A stretch of 64,000 bases of DNA from Myxococcales bacterium. GTDB taxonomy: Bacteria; Myxococcota; Myxococcia; Myxococcales; 40CM-4-68-19. Both the position numbers and the translations under genes were made by a program. Of the stretch, positions 10,137 to 19,495 are shown one piece after another. The stretch lies in NCBI GenBank assembly GCA_036488495.1, contig DASXHM010000276.1:176-64175 (forward strand), written 5' to 3'. A model generated the notes under the pieces. It was not told the origin of the DNA, did not search any database, and saw only the letters and a list, made by a program, of their open reading frames with translations. The number at the start of each line of letters is the position of its first letter. The stretch's first letter is position 1.

Positions 10137-11477
10137 ATGGCCCTGACACCCGCGTTCGAGCCCGAGGTCTACAAGAAGCGCCGCGCCGAAGTGCTCCGCC
10201 GCATGCGCGAGGCAGCCCCCGGCGGCGCGACCGCCGTCTTCCCCGGCATGCCGACCGCCACCCGCAACAGCGATGTCGAGCACGCCTACCGGGCAGACAG
10301 CGACGTGGCGTTCCTCTCCGGTTTCGAGGAGCCGGAGACGGTGCTCGTGCTCAGCACGGCCTCCGACAAGCCGTTCACGCTCTTCGTCCGGCCGCGCGAC
10401 AAGGAGCGGGAGACCTGGCTTGGCAAGAGGTCGGGGAGCGAAGGGGCGGTGAAGAACTTCGGCGCCGACCAGGCCTTCGAGATCGAGAAGCTCGACGCCG
10501 AGCTGCCCAAGCTGGTCGGCTCCGCGCGCACCCTCTTCTATCGTTTGGGCGGCGACGACCCGAAGTTCGACGCGCTGATCGGCCAGATCATCCGGACGCT
10601 GCGGCAGAGGGCGCGCGCCGGCATGACCGCACCGTCGTACATCGTGGACCCTTCGGCCATCGTCCACGAGCTGCGGCTGCACAAGGATGCGCGCGAGCTC
10701 GTCGCCATGCGCAAGGCCATCGAGCTGACCGGCAATGGCCATCTCGCGGCGATGAAAGCCGGCAGGGCCGGAACGCACGAATACGATCTGCACGCGCTGC
10801 TCGAGCACGAATTCAGGAAGCAAGGCGGGCGCGGCTGGGGCTACTACCCGATCGTCGCTGCCGGCGCGAACGCGACCGTGCTCCATTACACCGAGAACAA
10901 CGTCAAGATAGCCGAAGGCGATCTGGTGCTGATCGACGCCGGCGCGGAAGTGGATCTGTATACGGCGGACGTGACCCGCGTCTTCCCCGCCTCGGGGAAG
11001 TTTTCGCCGCCGCAGCGCGCGATCTACGAGCTGGTGTTGGCCGCGGCGGACCTTTGCATCGGGCTGACCAAGCCCGGCGAGAGCATCGACGAATTGCACG
11101 ACAAAGCGGTGCGGGTCTTGACCGAAGGAATGGTGAGGCTCGGGCTGCTCAAAGGCGACGTCGAGACGTTGATCAAAGAGAATTCCTATCGCCGCTATTA
11201 CATGCACCGCACCAGCCACTATCTCGGCATGGACGTGCACGACGTCGGCCCGTACCGCACCAGCGAGGGAAAGCCGCGGCCGCTTGCGCCGGGGATGATC
11301 TTCACCATCGAGCCGGGACTTTACGTGGCGGCGGACGACGAAGAAGCGCCGCCGGAGTTTCGCGGCATCGGCGTCCGCATCGAGGACGACATCCTGGTCA
11401 CCGAGAACGGCTGCGAGAACCTGACCATCGCCATTCCGCGGACGGTGGCGGCGGTCGAGGCGGCTTGCGCTGCCTGA
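10137..11477 (+). CDS. pepP: Xaa-Pro aminopeptidase (M24B)
   Basis: Creatinase-like N-domain, metal ligands in DLVLIDAGAEVDLYTADVTR, HRTSHYLGMDVHDVG, and FTIEPGLY. Confidence 0.85.
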   Translation: MALTPAFEPEVYKKRRAEVLRRMREAAPGGATAVFPGMPTATRNSDVEHAYRADSDVAFLSGFEEPETVLVLSTASDKPFTLFVRPRDKERETWLGKRSGSEGAVKNFGADQAFEIEKLDAELPKLVGSARTLFYRLGGDDPKFDALIGQIIRTLRQRARAGMTAPSYIVDPSAIVHELRLHKDARELVAMRKAIELTGNGHLAAMKAGRAGTHEYDLHALLEHEFRKQGGRGWGYYPIVAAGANATVLHYTENNVKIAEGDLVLIDAGAEVDLYTADVTRVFPASGKFSPPQRAIYELVLAAADLCIGLTKPGESIDELHDKAVRVLTEGMVRLGLLKGDVETLIKENSYRRYYMHRTSHYLGMDVHDVGPYRTSEGKPRPLAPGMIFTIEPGLYVAADDEEAPPEFRGIGVRIEDDILVTENGCENLTIAIPRTVAAVEAACAA

Positions 11478-11483
11478 CCGCGC

Positions 11484-11780
11484 TCAAGCGTTGGGGGCCT
11501 GGTTGGGCTTCGGCGCCGGCACCGGCTTGTCCGGCTTCACCTTCTGCGTCTTCTTGCCGGCCGGCTCGTATGGATCGATGAGCTCGCCGTACTTGACCAG
11601 ATCACCCGTGGCCTTGAATTCGGCGATGGAGATCAAGACCTCGGTGTCCTCGCCCGCGAAGCCGACGCCGAGCAAGCCTTCCTCGGGGCGGTCGGCGCGG
11701 TACATCTCGAGGCCCTTCTGGATGAGCGGGCCGATCTCCTGGACGTACTGCTCGACGCTGTGCACGCGAATGCGCTTCAT
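11484..11780 (-). CDS. Hypothetical protein (98 aa) with Lys/Pro-rich tail
   Basis: Clean ORF with non-artefactual composition. Its start lies only 8 nt from the divergent mutY start. Confidence 0.5.
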   Translation of the reverse strand: MKRIRVHSVEQYVQEIGPLIQKGLEMYRADRPEEGLLGVGFAGEDTEVLISIAEFKATGDLVKYGELIDPYEPAGKKTQKVKPDKPVPAPKPNQAPNA

Positions 11781-11788
11781 GGCGGCGC

Positions 11789-12817
11789 ATGAATAGCATG
11801 GCGAAGCCGCTGTTGGCGTGGTTCAGGAAGTCGCGGCGGGCGCTGCCCTGGCGAGAGGAGCCGCGCGATCCGTACCGGACCTGGGTGAGCGAAGTGATGC
11901 TGCAGCAGACCCGCGTCGACGTCGTGCTCCCCTACTACGCCCGGTTTCTCAGACGCTTTCCGACGCTCTCCGCTCTGGCGGGGGCGCCGCTCGAGGACGT
12001 GCTTGCGCTCTGGAGCGGACTTGGCTACTACGCCCGGGCACGCAACCTGCATCGCGCAGCGCAGGCCGCGGGCGAGCGGCTTCCCTCGACGAGCGCCGAG
12101 TTGCGCGGGCTGCCCGGTTTCGGACCGTACACCGCCGCGGCGGTGGCTTCGCTGGCGTTCGGCGAGCCGGTGCCGCTCGTGGACGGCAACGTCGCCCGCG
12201 TCTTCGCCCGGCTCTACCGGCTGGAGGGCGATGCGCGCGAGCAATCGTGGGCGCTCGCAGCGCGGCACCTGCCGAAGGACCGCGCGGGAGAGTTCAACGA
12301 GGCGTTGATGGAGCTGGGCGCGCTCGTCTGCACGCCGCGGAATCCGCGCTGCGGCGAGTGCCCGCTCGCTGCGCAGTGCGCCGGCAAGGATGCGCCGCAT
12401 GACTTTCCGCGCAACAAGGAACGGCCCGCGCGGCCGCTCTTGGAATGGGAAGCTCTCGCACTCTTTCGCGAAGACGGCGCGGTGCTGCTCGAACAGCGCG
12501 CGGGTGAAAAGCTCTTTGGCGGGCTGTGGGAATTGCCCCGCGCGGCGCCGTCCGGGGTGAAGCTGCGTTCGCCTGCGGGCCCGGGCGTGGTCGTCGAGCA
12601 GACGCTCACCCATCGCGAAGTGCGCGTCACCGTGCGGACGGCGCGGGCGAGCGGCGTGGCCGGGCTTCCCTTTCGCTGGGTCACGCCGGACGGTCTCGCA
12701 TCGCTCGGGCTGTCGTCGCTGACGAGGAAGACCTTGCGGGCGGCCGAGTCGCCGCCAGGCGCGCTGCGTGAGCGGCGCGGACTTGCCGAGCCCGCCCGGC
12801 AGCGGAGGACGAAGTGA
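11789..12817 (+). CDS. mutY: A/G-specific adenine DNA glycosylase
   Basis: HhH-GPD region (WVSEVMLQQTRV, LGYYARARNL), a 4Fe-4S loop (CTPRNPRCGECPLAAQC) and a C-terminal NUDIX-like domain. Confidence 0.85.
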   Translation: MNSMAKPLLAWFRKSRRALPWREEPRDPYRTWVSEVMLQQTRVDVVLPYYARFLRRFPTLSALAGAPLEDVLALWSGLGYYARARNLHRAAQAAGERLPSTSAELRGLPGFGPYTAAAVASLAFGEPVPLVDGNVARVFARLYRLEGDAREQSWALAARHLPKDRAGEFNEALMELGALVCTPRNPRCGECPLAAQCAGKDAPHDFPRNKERPARPLLEWEALALFREDGAVLLEQRAGEKLFGGLWELPRAAPSGVKLRSPAGPGVVVEQTLTHREVRVTVRTARASGVAGLPFRWVTPDGLASLGLSSLTRKTLRAAESPPGALRERRGLAEPARQRRTK

Positions 12818-13446
12818 TCGCCCAGAAGCTCCTCGCCTTCACGCTCCTCGGCGCCAACTGGGTGCTGTGGCTCCTGCTCGCGCTCTCGGTGTTGTCGGTG
12901 GCGGTCATGATCGAGCGCGCCGTCTACTTCGGGCGCCGCCGCATGTCCGGGCGCTTCCCCACGCTGCTCGACCTGATCCAGCGCGGCGACTTGAAAGGCG
13001 CAGCCGCGCTCGCGACCGGCGATGCGATGGAAGCCGATGTGGTCCGCGCCGCCGCGCGCGCCGCACCGGGCGGAAGCGAGGCGGTCGAGAAGGCGGTGCA
13101 GTCGACCATCGACCGCCGCCGCATCGAGTATGAGCAGTGGCTGTTCGTGCTCGGCACCCTCGGAAACAACGCACCGTTCATCGGTCTCTTCGGCACCGTC
13201 CTCGGCATCATCCGCGCCTTCGCCGACCTGGCTGCAGCCAACCGTGGCGGCGGCTCGTCCACCGCGGGCTTCGTCATGGCCGGCATCTCCGAGGCGTTGG
13301 TGGCAACCGCGGTGGGTCTCTTGGTCGCCATTCCGGCGGTGATGGCGTTCAACATTTTCCAGCGCCTCTTGAAGCGCGTGGTCGGGCGCTCGAACGCGCT
13401 CGGCAACGCCATCTCCGCAAGCCTTCACCTCGCGCGCGGAGCCTGA
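12814..13446 (+). CDS. exbB: MotA/TolQ/ExbB-family proton channel
   Basis: GTG overlaps the mutY TGA. Three TM helices and the typical LGTLGNNAPFIGLFGTVLGII and EALVATAVGLLVAIPA segments. Confidence 0.8.
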   Translation: MIAQKLLAFTLLGANWVLWLLLALSVLSVAVMIERAVYFGRRRMSGRFPTLLDLIQRGDLKGAAALATGDAMEADVVRAAARAAPGGSEAVEKAVQSTIDRRRIEYEQWLFVLGTLGNNAPFIGLFGTVLGIIRAFADLAAANRGGGSSTAGFVMAGISEALVATAVGLLVAIPAVMAFNIFQRLLKRVVGRSNALGNAISASLHLARGA

Positions 13447-13448
13447 CG

Positions 13449-13859
13449 GTGGCCGGAGGCGCTCGAGACGACGAGGACGACTCGATCAGCGGCATCAACG
13501 TGACGCCGCTCGTCGACATCACCCTCGTGCTCCTCATCATCTTCATGGTGACGGCCACGTACATCGTGAAGGAAACCATCGAGGTGGAGCTGCCGCGGGC
13601 GGCGCACGGCGGCGAGACGGTGCAGAAGACGTTCGCGCTGGTGGTCACGCGCGAAGGCAAGACGTACCTGAACGGCGTGCCGGTGGACGACGCGCAGCTC
13701 GTCACCGCTGCGCGAGACGCGCGGGCGCACGGCGAGGACGTGCAGGCCATCGTCGGCGCCGACAAGAACGCGACCCACGGGATGGTCACGCACCTGCTCG
13801 ACGTGTTGAAGGGGGCGGGGGTGACGAAGTTTGCCATCCAGATCGAGAAGGCGGAGTGA
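13449..13859 (+). CDS. exbD: ExbD/TolR-family biopolymer transport protein
   Basis: INVTPLVDITLVLLIIFMV TM signature. GTG lies 2 nt after the exbB stop. Confidence 0.8.
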   Translation: MAGGARDDEDDSISGINVTPLVDITLVLLIIFMVTATYIVKETIEVELPRAAHGGETVQKTFALVVTREGKTYLNGVPVDDAQLVTAARDARAHGEDVQAIVGADKNATHGMVTHLLDVLKGAGVTKFAIQIEKAE

Positions 13860-14626
13860 CAGCGGTTGCACTGCGCCGGACCGCGCAGGTGGCCGGACCT
13901 CTCGGCGGCGCGCTCGCGCTGCACCTTCTCGCCGCGCTGCTGCTTTTGCGGCTGTCGGTCGCGCCGCCGGCCGCGCCGCCCAAGACCGTGGTGCAGTTCG
14001 ACGTGGTGACGAAGCCCGCGGAGCCGGTCCCGGCGCCGCCTGCTCCTGCGCCGAAGCCTCTGCCATTGAAAGTCACGCGCGCACCGCGCGTGGTGAGGCG
14101 AACGCTGCTGCCACCCGTGCAAGCGCCTCGTACTGCCGCACCACCCCCGCCGACGCACGAAGCGCCCCAGCCGACAGCCGCGCCGACCATCATCGCCGGG
14201 GTGACGATGGAGAGTACGTCCCAAGGCGGCACCATGGCGGTGGGCGTCGGTAACACTCTGCGCGAGGAGCCCGCCGAACGCGCGGCCCAACCCGCGCAGG
14301 TCAAGCCTTACAAAGCCGAGCAATACGCTTCCGCGGCGCAAGTGACTGAACTGCCCAAGGTCGCAAACCGCGAAGCGGTGAACCTGCGCAAGTATTACCC
14401 GGAGGGCGCCCTCCGTTCAGGCTTCGAAGGCGACGTGGTGCTGCGGCTTTTGATCGACTCCGACGGCTCCATCGCCAAAGTCGAAGTCATCAGCGACCCG
14501 GGCGAAGGCCTGGGCGCTGCGGCAATGAAAGCCATCCGCGAATACCGCTTCAGCCCGGCAAAGGTGAACGGCACGCCGGTCGCAACCACCGTGCCCTTTA
14601 CTTTGCATTTCACCATCCCAGACTGA
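13856..14626 (+). CDS. tonB: TonB-like energy transducer
   Basis: GTG overlaps the exbD TGA. N-terminal TM segment, a Pro-rich spacer (PVPAPPAPAPKPLP) and a TonB C-terminal domain (YPEGALRSGFEGDVVLRLLIDSDG, FSPAKVNGTPV). Confidence 0.7.
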   Translation: MTAVALRRTAQVAGPLGGALALHLLAALLLLRLSVAPPAAPPKTVVQFDVVTKPAEPVPAPPAPAPKPLPLKVTRAPRVVRRTLLPPVQAPRTAAPPPPTHEAPQPTAAPTIIAGVTMESTSQGGTMAVGVGNTLREEPAERAAQPAQVKPYKAEQYASAAQVTELPKVANREAVNLRKYYPEGALRSGFEGDVVLRLLIDSDGSIAKVEVISDPGEGLGAAAMKAIREYRFSPAKVNGTPVATTVPFTLHFTIPD

Positions 14627-14683
14627 AACGTAAGGCGCTGCGGATCCTCGATCAGCTCCTCGTGTCTGAGATTTGGAACCTCG

Positions 14684-15703
14684 TCAACGGCCTGCCTGAC
14701 TTGCGGCGCTCGATCGTGCGAGCAGCGCCGCGCCGAGGACGCCGGCGTTGTCGCCCAGCGCCGGCTCGCCGATCCGCAGAGCCGCGCGTGCAGCCCGCGC
14801 GGTGTGCGCGTCGAGGCCCGCCAGCGCCGCGGCCTTCATCCGAGGCGACCCGTTCAAGACTCCTCCGCCGAGCAAGAGGAGCGCCGGATTCAACAGCGTG
14901 ACCAGGTTCGCGAGCGCGACTCCGAGGAGCTGGCCAGCCTCTTCCAAGAGCCGTCGAGACAGCTCGTCGCCCTCGTGCGCTGCCTTTTCCAAAAGTGCCG
15001 CCGTCACCTTCTCGGGCTCTCCCGCGACCTCGAGCAGCTTTCGCCCGACTGCTGGCGCGGAATGTCCCGCGGTCCGCGCCTGAGCGAGCGCGATGCGCAG
15101 GTCGTCGCGGGCCCACGCCGCGAGGTTGTGCCCACCCGCATAGGCCTCGAGACAGCCGCGCTGGCCGCAGCCGCAGTGACGGCCGCCAGGGTGCACGACC
15201 ACGTGCCCGAACTCGCCGCCAACTCCGGTCGCACCCTCTTGCAGCTTGCCGCCCAGGATGATTCCGGACCCGATCCCGCTTCCCGCCAGCACCACCACGA
15301 GGTCGTCCACCCCCCGTCCGGCGCCGGCGGCGTATTCGCCCCAAGCAGCGACGGAGAGGTCGTTCGCGATGACCACCTTGGTCTTGCCGGCCCTCGCCTC
15401 GACCAATTTCAGGAAGGGTACGTCGCGCCAGCCGAGGTTCGGCGCATTCAGGACCATCCCGGTGCCGCGCTCGATCATGGCGGCGACGCCGATGCCCAGG
15501 GCGCGGATCTCGCTGAACGGCAACCCGGCCGCGGCGCACGCCGTCTTCGCCGCGCGTACCACCGCCTCCGCCACCTGTGGCGGCTCGCGCGACAAGAGGC
15601 GATGCTTCTCCTGGCCGAGCGATTGTCCCTGCGCGTCGACCACCGCGGCGCGGACGTTGGTGCCGCCCAGATCGATTCCGACGTACAGCTCGTCGCGCTT
15701 CAT
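14684..15703 (-). CDS. ROK-family glucokinase/sugar kinase
   Basis: GIDLGGTNVR ATP site and the ROK zinc motif HCGCGQRGCLEAYAGG. Confidence 0.8.
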   Translation of the reverse strand: MKRDELYVGIDLGGTNVRAAVVDAQGQSLGQEKHRLLSREPPQVAEAVVRAAKTACAAAGLPFSEIRALGIGVAAMIERGTGMVLNAPNLGWRDVPFLKLVEARAGKTKVVIANDLSVAAWGEYAAGAGRGVDDLVVVLAGSGIGSGIILGGKLQEGATGVGGEFGHVVVHPGGRHCGCGQRGCLEAYAGGHNLAAWARDDLRIALAQARTAGHSAPAVGRKLLEVAGEPEKVTAALLEKAAHEGDELSRRLLEEAGQLLGVALANLVTLLNPALLLLGGGVLNGSPRMKAAALAGLDAHTARAARAALRIGEPALGDNAGVLGAALLARSSAASQAGR

Positions 15704-15718
15704 GCGCCTCGTTTCGAC

Positions 15719-17089
15719 TTACTTCAGCTCGCGCCGGATCTGCTGCACGGTACCTTCGATGAGCTTCTGGATCTCCTGCAGCTTCTCCTTGCTCTGCGCC
15801 TCCCAGCGCAAGACCAGGAGCGGCTGCGTATTTGACGCACGCACGAGGCCCCAAGCGCCGTCGATCATGACCCGCACGCCGTCCACCTCGATGGTCTTGC
15901 CCCGCTTGCGCAGCCGCTCCTTGGCGAGCTCGACCGCGCGAAACTTCTTCTCCTCGGGAAAGTCGAACCGGATCTCCGGCGAGGCGTACGTCTTCGGCAC
16001 ATCCTCCAGCAGTTGCGACAATGGCCGCGTGCTGCGCGCGAGCAATTCCATCAAGCGCGCGGCGGAATAGATGCCATCGTCGAAGCCGTAATAGCGGTGG
16101 CGGAAGAACATATGGCCGCTCATCTCTCCGGCCAAAAGAGCGTGTTCTTCCTTCATCTTCGACTTGATCAGGGAATGGCCGGCCTTCCACATGATGGCGC
16201 GGCCGCCGCGCTTCTCGATGTCGTCGTACAGCGTCTGAGAACACTTCACTTCGCTGACGAAGGTCGCGCCGGGGTGTTCTTCGAGGATGTCGCGGGCGAA
16301 CACCAGCATGAGCTGGTCGCCCCACAAAATCGTCCCCTTTTCGTCCACCGCGCCGATGCGGTCGGCATCGCCGTCCCAGGCGATTCCGACGTCGGCGTTG
16401 CACTCGGCGACCTTCTTCTGCAGGTCGTGCAGGTTCTCTTCGACGGTGGGGTCGGGGTGGTGGTTGGGAAAGCTGCCGTCGAGCTCGCAGAAGAGCTCGG
16501 TGACGTGGTGTCCGAGCGACCGCAAGACTTGCGGTCCGACGATGCCGCCGGTGCCGTTGCCGGCGTCGCAGACCACCCGCAGCGGCCGCGCGGCGAGCCC
16601 GAGCGATTCGACGATGAAATGCAGGTACGGAGTGATGATGTCGTAATCGCTCTCGCGCCCGCTGCGACCGTGGTCCTTGGCCTTGAGCACGCGGTCCTTC
16701 AACTCCTGCACTTCCGGCCCCGCGAGCGTGCTCTTGCCGATGCCGAGCTTGAAGCCATTGTATTCGGGCGGATTGTGCGAGCCGGTGATCTGGCAGAGGC
16801 CGTCCACCGGCAGGACGTTGGCCGCGAAATAGACGAGCGGTGTCGGCACCACGCCGACCGAGACGACCTCGATGCCTTGGCTGCGCACTCCCTTGGAGAA
16901 GGCCTTTCCCAAGCCCTCGCTCGAATGCCGATGGTCCCGTCCGAGCACGATGCTCTGCGCGCCCGGGTTCTTTTCCAGGAGGTACGCGCCGAAGCCGCGG
17001 CCGAGCTGTTCGGCGAAGGCCGGGGTGAGCTCGTTCGCGACCAGCCCGCGAACGTCGTACTCGCGGAACACGTGCAGCGGAATCGCCAT
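15719..17089 (-). CDS. Phosphomannomutase/phosphoglucomutase
   Basis: Active-site TGSHNPPEYNGFK, metal loop AWDGDADR, and sugar loop GEMSGH. Confidence 0.85.
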   Translation of the reverse strand: MAIPLHVFREYDVRGLVANELTPAFAEQLGRGFGAYLLEKNPGAQSIVLGRDHRHSSEGLGKAFSKGVRSQGIEVVSVGVVPTPLVYFAANVLPVDGLCQITGSHNPPEYNGFKLGIGKSTLAGPEVQELKDRVLKAKDHGRSGRESDYDIITPYLHFIVESLGLAARPLRVVCDAGNGTGGIVGPQVLRSLGHHVTELFCELDGSFPNHHPDPTVEENLHDLQKKVAECNADVGIAWDGDADRIGAVDEKGTILWGDQLMLVFARDILEEHPGATFVSEVKCSQTLYDDIEKRGGRAIMWKAGHSLIKSKMKEEHALLAGEMSGHMFFRHRYYGFDDGIYSAARLMELLARSTRPLSQLLEDVPKTYASPEIRFDFPEEKKFRAVELAKERLRKRGKTIEVDGVRVMIDGAWGLVRASNTQPLLVLRWEAQSKEKLQEIQKLIEGTVQQIRRELK

Positions 17090-17200
17090 CGGACGCCTCC
17101 AGAGCGCCGGAATCTACGTTCCGCGCGGAGCGTCCACAAGCCTGGGGCGCGGCTGTCGACGTGGACAACCGTTGGAGTACAGTGGGTTCGAGGGGGTTCC

Positions 17201-17599
17201 ATGCTCAAGTCCATCGGCGTCGTCGCGGGTAGCTACCTGCTGTCGATCGTGCTCGTAGTCGCAAGCGACCCGTTGCTCTCGCTGGTCTTCCCCGGTGATT
17301 TCGTGCGCGGCCATGTGCCGTCGAACGTTGCGCTTGCCGCCAGCACCGGCTGTTTCGTCGCCGTCTCCATCTTTTGCGCGTGGGTGTGCGGGCGCTTCGC
17401 GCCTTCGATGCCTTCGCGCCACGTGCTTTGGTTTTTCATCCTCGGCGAAACGATGGGCGTCGCAGCGACCATCGCGAATTGGAAGAACGGCTGGCCCCAT
17501 TGGTATGCGCTGGCCTGGCTTCTGTCGTGGCCGGTGAGCTGCTGGGCCGGCGCACACCTCGCGACCCGGCGGGCCGCGGCGGCGCCGGCCGGAACGTAG
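17201..17599 (+). CDS. Hypothetical 4-TM membrane protein (132 aa)
   Basis: ATG at 17201 and four hydrophobic helices. The upstream part of track ORF 16013..17599 is antisense to the phosphomannomutase gene. Confidence 0.45.
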   Translation: MLKSIGVVAGSYLLSIVLVVASDPLLSLVFPGDFVRGHVPSNVALAASTGCFVAVSIFCAWVCGRFAPSMPSRHVLWFFILGETMGVAATIANWKNGWPHWYALAWLLSWPVSCWAGAHLATRRAAAAPAGT

Positions 17600-18497
17600 A
17601 TCATTTTCCGTCGCCCTGCGGAAGCCGCGGAAGCCGGCGCCCATCACCACCTCGCGCAACCGCTTCTCGCCCGCCTGTGCGCCGAGCGCGGCGCCCTGGG
17701 AAGCGAGCGAGTTCGGCACGCAGAGCATCGTCGAGGCCCCGTAGAAGACGCGGCCGACGGGGGTGAGGTTGTCCTCGATCTTGTCCCCCGCGAATGGTTC
17801 GACGATGAGCCAGACGCCGCTCGGCGAAAGCACCTCTTTGACCCGGCGCGCGGCTCCCAGCGGATCGCCCATGTCATGCAAGCTGTCGAAGTGCGCGACC
17901 AGATCGTAGTTCGAACCGGGAAAGTCGCTCGCCTTCGCCACTTCGAACGAGACCCGATCCCCGAGCCCCGCGTCCTTGGCGCGCTTTCGCGCGAGCTCGA
18001 TGGACTTCCAATGCCGGCAGCCACGACGAAACGAGGTTTACCGCATACCCCGGCCGGAAAAACCGCTCGGTGCCCTCGAACAGGCAAGCGTGGTGGTCGC
18101 CCCAGGAAAGGCCTTCTCCGGTCCGGAAGCGGTCGGCGATCTTGTCGCTCGCGTCAAAGGCCGCCGCGATGATCTGGAACGCGCCCGGCAAGAAGGCCGG
18201 GCTGCCCTCCTGCGCCAAGGCCATCGCCTGCTCTTCGAGCAGGGCAAACTTGCCCGTCGGCGGGTCGTAGGTGACGTAGCCGCCCGCCGCTTGATTGCAC
18301 AACCATTCGCGGACGTAGCGTTCGTGGGTACCGGTCTTCTTCGCCAGGTCCGAAGGGCTGCTCGGGCCCGCCGCCGCCAGCGCCTTGTAGAGCCCGAGCT
18401 TGTCGCCGATGACGACCAGCGCGGCTGACAGCCCGGCGCCGATGTCGCCCACTGCCCTGCCCATGAATTCATTCAACCTGGTCTCGTCAATGGCCAT
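17600..18497 (-). pseudogene. Decayed SAM-dependent methyltransferase (internal deletion with frameshift, 3' end missing)
   Basis: The N-terminal 164 codons (18497 to 18006, ending FFRPGYAVNLVSSWLPALE) are in one frame. Homology resumes immediately in another frame (SIELARKRAKDAGLGDRVSFEVAKASDFPG...LHDMGDP...GAQAGEKRL...FRRATE). No frame encodes the GxGxG SAM motif I that should lie between them. After RRATE the frame runs without a stop, antisense into 17201..17599. Confidence 0.6.
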
Positions 18498-18584
18498 CGC
18501 CGTGTTCCTGTTCTCCGGCGCGAAGCCGGAAGGCGGACACAGCGCAGGCCGGCGTGGCACCAGGCGTGTGAACCGGCGTGGAAT

Positions 18585-19331
18585 TCAGTGCGTGTACGTA
18601 CGGCTCGTCCTGACGGCCTCCGTCTCGGCGCCGGGCACCGCGCCGAGCAAGGCGTGGAGGACCTGCCGGCAGGCCTCGTACTGCAGGAGCGCGTCCTTCG
18701 GCCGGCCCAGTGCCTGCAGGAGCTGCATCGCGCTGCGGTGGGCGGCTTCGTCAGCCGGATCGAACTCCAGCAAGCGGCGCACGACCGGCAAGGATTCCTC
18801 GGGCTCGAGCTTCGCCGCGAGCCGCCGCAGGATCCGCCGGTGCAGGCCGCGCGCTTCTTCACGCCTCGCGACGCACCACGCCTGGAAGCGAAATGCACCC
18901 GGCAGCTCCAGTCCTTCGAGCAACTCGCCGCGGAACAGCTTCGCCGCGAGCGCAAGCGCTGCCGTGCCCGCGGCCGCGCCCGAAGCGTCGAGCAAACGCA
19001 CGCTGCGCAGATCGACCGCCGCGTCTCGCGGGTCGATTCGCACCCGGTCGCGATCGGCGATCAACCGCGGCCTGCGCGGCTCGTCGAGCAATGGCCGCAG
19101 CCGCGACAGGCTCCAGCGCAGAGCGCCTCGCGGGTCGTCGGGAAGCTCCCAGAACAGCGAGCACAGCTCGTCGCGGGTGTGTTCGCGGTCCTCGACCAGG
19201 AGGTACCCGAGCAGCGCGCGCGTCTTCTTCGAAGGCGGCAGCGCGAGGCGCTCGCCCTCTCTCTCGATACGAATGTCGCCGAGCACGAGCAGCGACACGG
19301 GCGTGCCGCAGGCGTTCCGCTTTTCGGGCAT
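18585..19331 (-). CDS. SARP/AfsR-DnrI-type transcriptional regulator (winged-helix plus BTAD, 248 aa)
   Basis: OmpR-like DNA-binding region (LLVLGDIRIEREGERLALPPSKKTRALLGYLLV...RDELCSLFW) followed by a BTAD-like helical domain (FRGELLEGL...FRFQAW...AAHRSAMQLLQALGRPKDALLQYEACRQVL). Confidence 0.75.
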   Translation of the reverse strand: MPEKRNACGTPVSLLVLGDIRIEREGERLALPPSKKTRALLGYLLVEDREHTRDELCSLFWELPDDPRGALRWSLSRLRPLLDEPRRPRLIADRDRVRIDPRDAAVDLRSVRLLDASGAAAGTAALALAAKLFRGELLEGLELPGAFRFQAWCVARREEARGLHRRILRRLAAKLEPEESLPVVRRLLEFDPADEAAHRSAMQLLQALGRPKDALLQYEACRQVLHALLGAVPGAETEAVRTSRTYTH

Positions 19332-19495
19332 GCCGCCCCCGCGGTTGATTCTGGTGTAGCACGAGCAAGGACATGATGCCGGTCGCGGACCGACAGGGCG
19401 CCCGCACGGTCCCTTCCTACTGCGCTAGTCGACCCCTCGACGGTTGTCGTTCGCGTCGGCAATGGCCACCCACGGCGTTGACCAGGAGATTGCGG

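Noticed and set aside
14652-17168. 838-aa minus-strand ORF over the ROK kinase and phosphomannomutase genes; similar long shadow ORFs at 19061..22291, 31694..35182, 37259..38650, 46031..47662, 50359..51798, 55336..56742, 57318..59252 and 59929..61074
   Set aside because: All are alternative-frame or antisense ORFs with extreme Arg/Gly/Ala/Asp content. Each is fully overlapped by a gene with family-specific motifs, and none has independent support.
19332-19495. TCGAC/TCG repeats (TCGACCCCTCGACGGTTGTCGTTCGCGTCGG) as possible SARP-binding direct repeats
   Set aside because: The spacings are 8, 10 and 9 nt rather than the regular 11-nt (one helical turn) periodicity expected for SARP boxes. TCG-rich strings are also common in this GC-rich DNA.
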